Source: Desulfosporosinus sp. (lineage in GTDB: Bacteria; Bacillota; Desulfitobacteriia; Desulfitobacteriales; Desulfitobacteriaceae). Taken from it: DNA of 41,454 nucleotides. Every line of letters begins with the position of its first letter. Within the stretch, counting starts at the first letter, position 1. Of this stretch, positions 40,446-41,454 are shown one piece after another. A program made the translations under genes and the position numbers. Below the pieces are notes generated by a model. The model saw only the letters and a program-made list of their open reading frames with translations, searched no databases and was not told the DNA's origin. The stretch lies in assembly GCA_027353165.1 (NCBI GenBank), contig DAIEHY010000002.1:1-41454 (forward strand). The letters are read 5' to 3'.

Positions 40446-41369
40446 TTAACTTCGTTGGGTGAACAGCTCTGTACTTAAATAACGTTCCCCTGTATCCGGG
40501 GCTAAGACGACAACATTTTTGCCCTCGCCTAAAGTTTCCGCTACCTGCAATGCTGCACAAACCGCTGCTCCGGAAGAAATACCTACTAAGATTCCTTCTT
40601 CTCTTGCCAAACGCCTTGCGGTCTCTAAAGCATCGTCATTGCTCAATTGAATAAGTTGATCCAAAATAGTTTTGTTGAAAATTGCAGGAATAAACCCTGC
40701 ACCAATTCCTTGAATTTTATGAGGACCGGGTTTTCCGCCAGAAATAACCGGAGATGATGCCGGTTCCACTCCGATAATCTTCACCTCTGGAAGGCGAGCC
40801 TTTAGAATTTCGCCTACTCCAGTAATTGTTCCCCCAGTACCGATCCCTGCCACAAAAGCATCCAACCCTGGCATCTGATCAAGCAGTTCTAAGGCAGTAC
40901 TCAGTCGATGAGCCTCAGGATTGGCAGGATTTTCAAATTGTTGAGGCATAAAGTAACTTGGATTCTCGCTCAGTAACCGTTTGGCCTCTTCAATCGCCCC
41001 ATTCATTCCCTCTGCCCCAGGCGTCAGTACGAATTCGGCACCATAGGCGGCCATAAGCATCCGCCGTTCAATACTTAAGGAATCTGGCATAACCACAATT
41101 AACCGATAACCGCGAGCAGCAGCAATCATGGCCAGACCGATTCCCGTATTTCCACTTGTCGGTTCAATAATCGTCCCTCCAGGACGAAGTATTCCACGCT
41201 TTTCTGCATCCTGAATCATCCCCCAGGCAATTCGGTCTTTAACGCTCCCGCCCGGGTTAAAATATTCGACTTTCACATAAACATTTGCCATTCCTGGCTT
41301 AACTATCCGTTGTAAACGGATCAAAGGAGTCTGCCCTATTAAATCCGTAATTGAATTAACGACTTGCAT
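40446..41369 (-). CDS. cysK: Cysteine synthase A
   Basis: IGQTPL, NPGGSVKDR, EPTSGNTG, QQFENPAN, GIGTGGT, PHKIQGIG, GISSGA, DTGERYLS; start MQVV at 41369. Confidence 0.97.
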   Translation of the reverse strand: MQVVNSITDLIGQTPLIRLQRIVKPGMANVYVKVEYFNPGGSVKDRIAWGMIQDAEKRGILRPGGTIIEPTSGNTGIGLAMIAAARGYRLIVVMPDSLSIERRMLMAAYGAEFVLTPGAEGMNGAIEEAKRLLSENPSYFMPQQFENPANPEAHRLSTALELLDQMPGLDAFVAGIGTGGTITGVGEILKARLPEVKIIGVEPASSPVISGGKPGPHKIQGIGAGFIPAIFNKTILDQLIQLSNDDALETARRLAREEGILVGISSGAAVCAALQVAETLGEGKNVVVLAPDTGERYLSTELFTQRS

Positions 41370-41382
41370 TATTAAATACCCC

Positions 41383-41437
41383 ATTTCATATCAGTTTACT
41401 ATGCTTTAATAATAACAATTCATTGTCCCTTTGTCAA
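41383..41437 (-). promoter_or_regulatory. cysK sigma-A promoter with downstream Rrf2/CymR-type box
   Basis: TTGACA-17-TATTAT with TG extension (41437-41409); box AAAGCATAGTAAACTGATATGAAAT at 41407-41383. Confidence 0.62.
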
Positions 41438-41454
41438 ACAATCTACCCTTTGAC

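Overview
This is a core-genome region of an endospore-forming Firmicute. Gene order and protein sequences suggest a Desulfosporosinus/Desulfitobacterium-like organism (inference). Almost all genes are on the minus strand. In transcription order they are: cysK, yebC, bofC-like, ruvC-ruvA-ruvB, spoIID-like, queA-tgt-yajC, ecsC, HD protein, secD-secF, polysaccharide deacetylase, a small-protein locus, membrane protein, CDF metal exporter, recJ-apt-rel-dtd-MBL, T-box-hisS-aspS, csoR-trxA, rarA (+ strand), Rrf2 regulator-iscS-iscU-mnmA, PRC-barrel protein, small Cys-rich protein, AI-2E transporter, alaS-ireB, aldo/keto reductase, ruvX, DUF1292, VanW protein and a truncated mltG. I saw no mobile element, CRISPR array, rRNA or tRNA. 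The main unexplained feature is a ~1.1 kb locus (26.5-27.6 kb) that the ORF track largely misses. It holds four tandem 29-48 aa Gly-rich single-TM microproteins in an A-B-A'-B' pattern behind a near-consensus sigma-K promoter. These converge on a 29-aa peptide with 11 Trp, which has its own RBS and sigma-K-like promoter. Regulatory observations: a compact NiCo(czcD)-like riboswitch plus a palindromic operator upstream of the CDF gene; a hisS-aspS T-box with overlapping Asp/His specifier codons; a possibly decayed T-box upstream of alaS; a CsoR operator controlling thioredoxin; and a shared Rrf2 (CymR/IscR-like) box at the isc operon and cysK. All calls come from reading the sequence; no searches were run.
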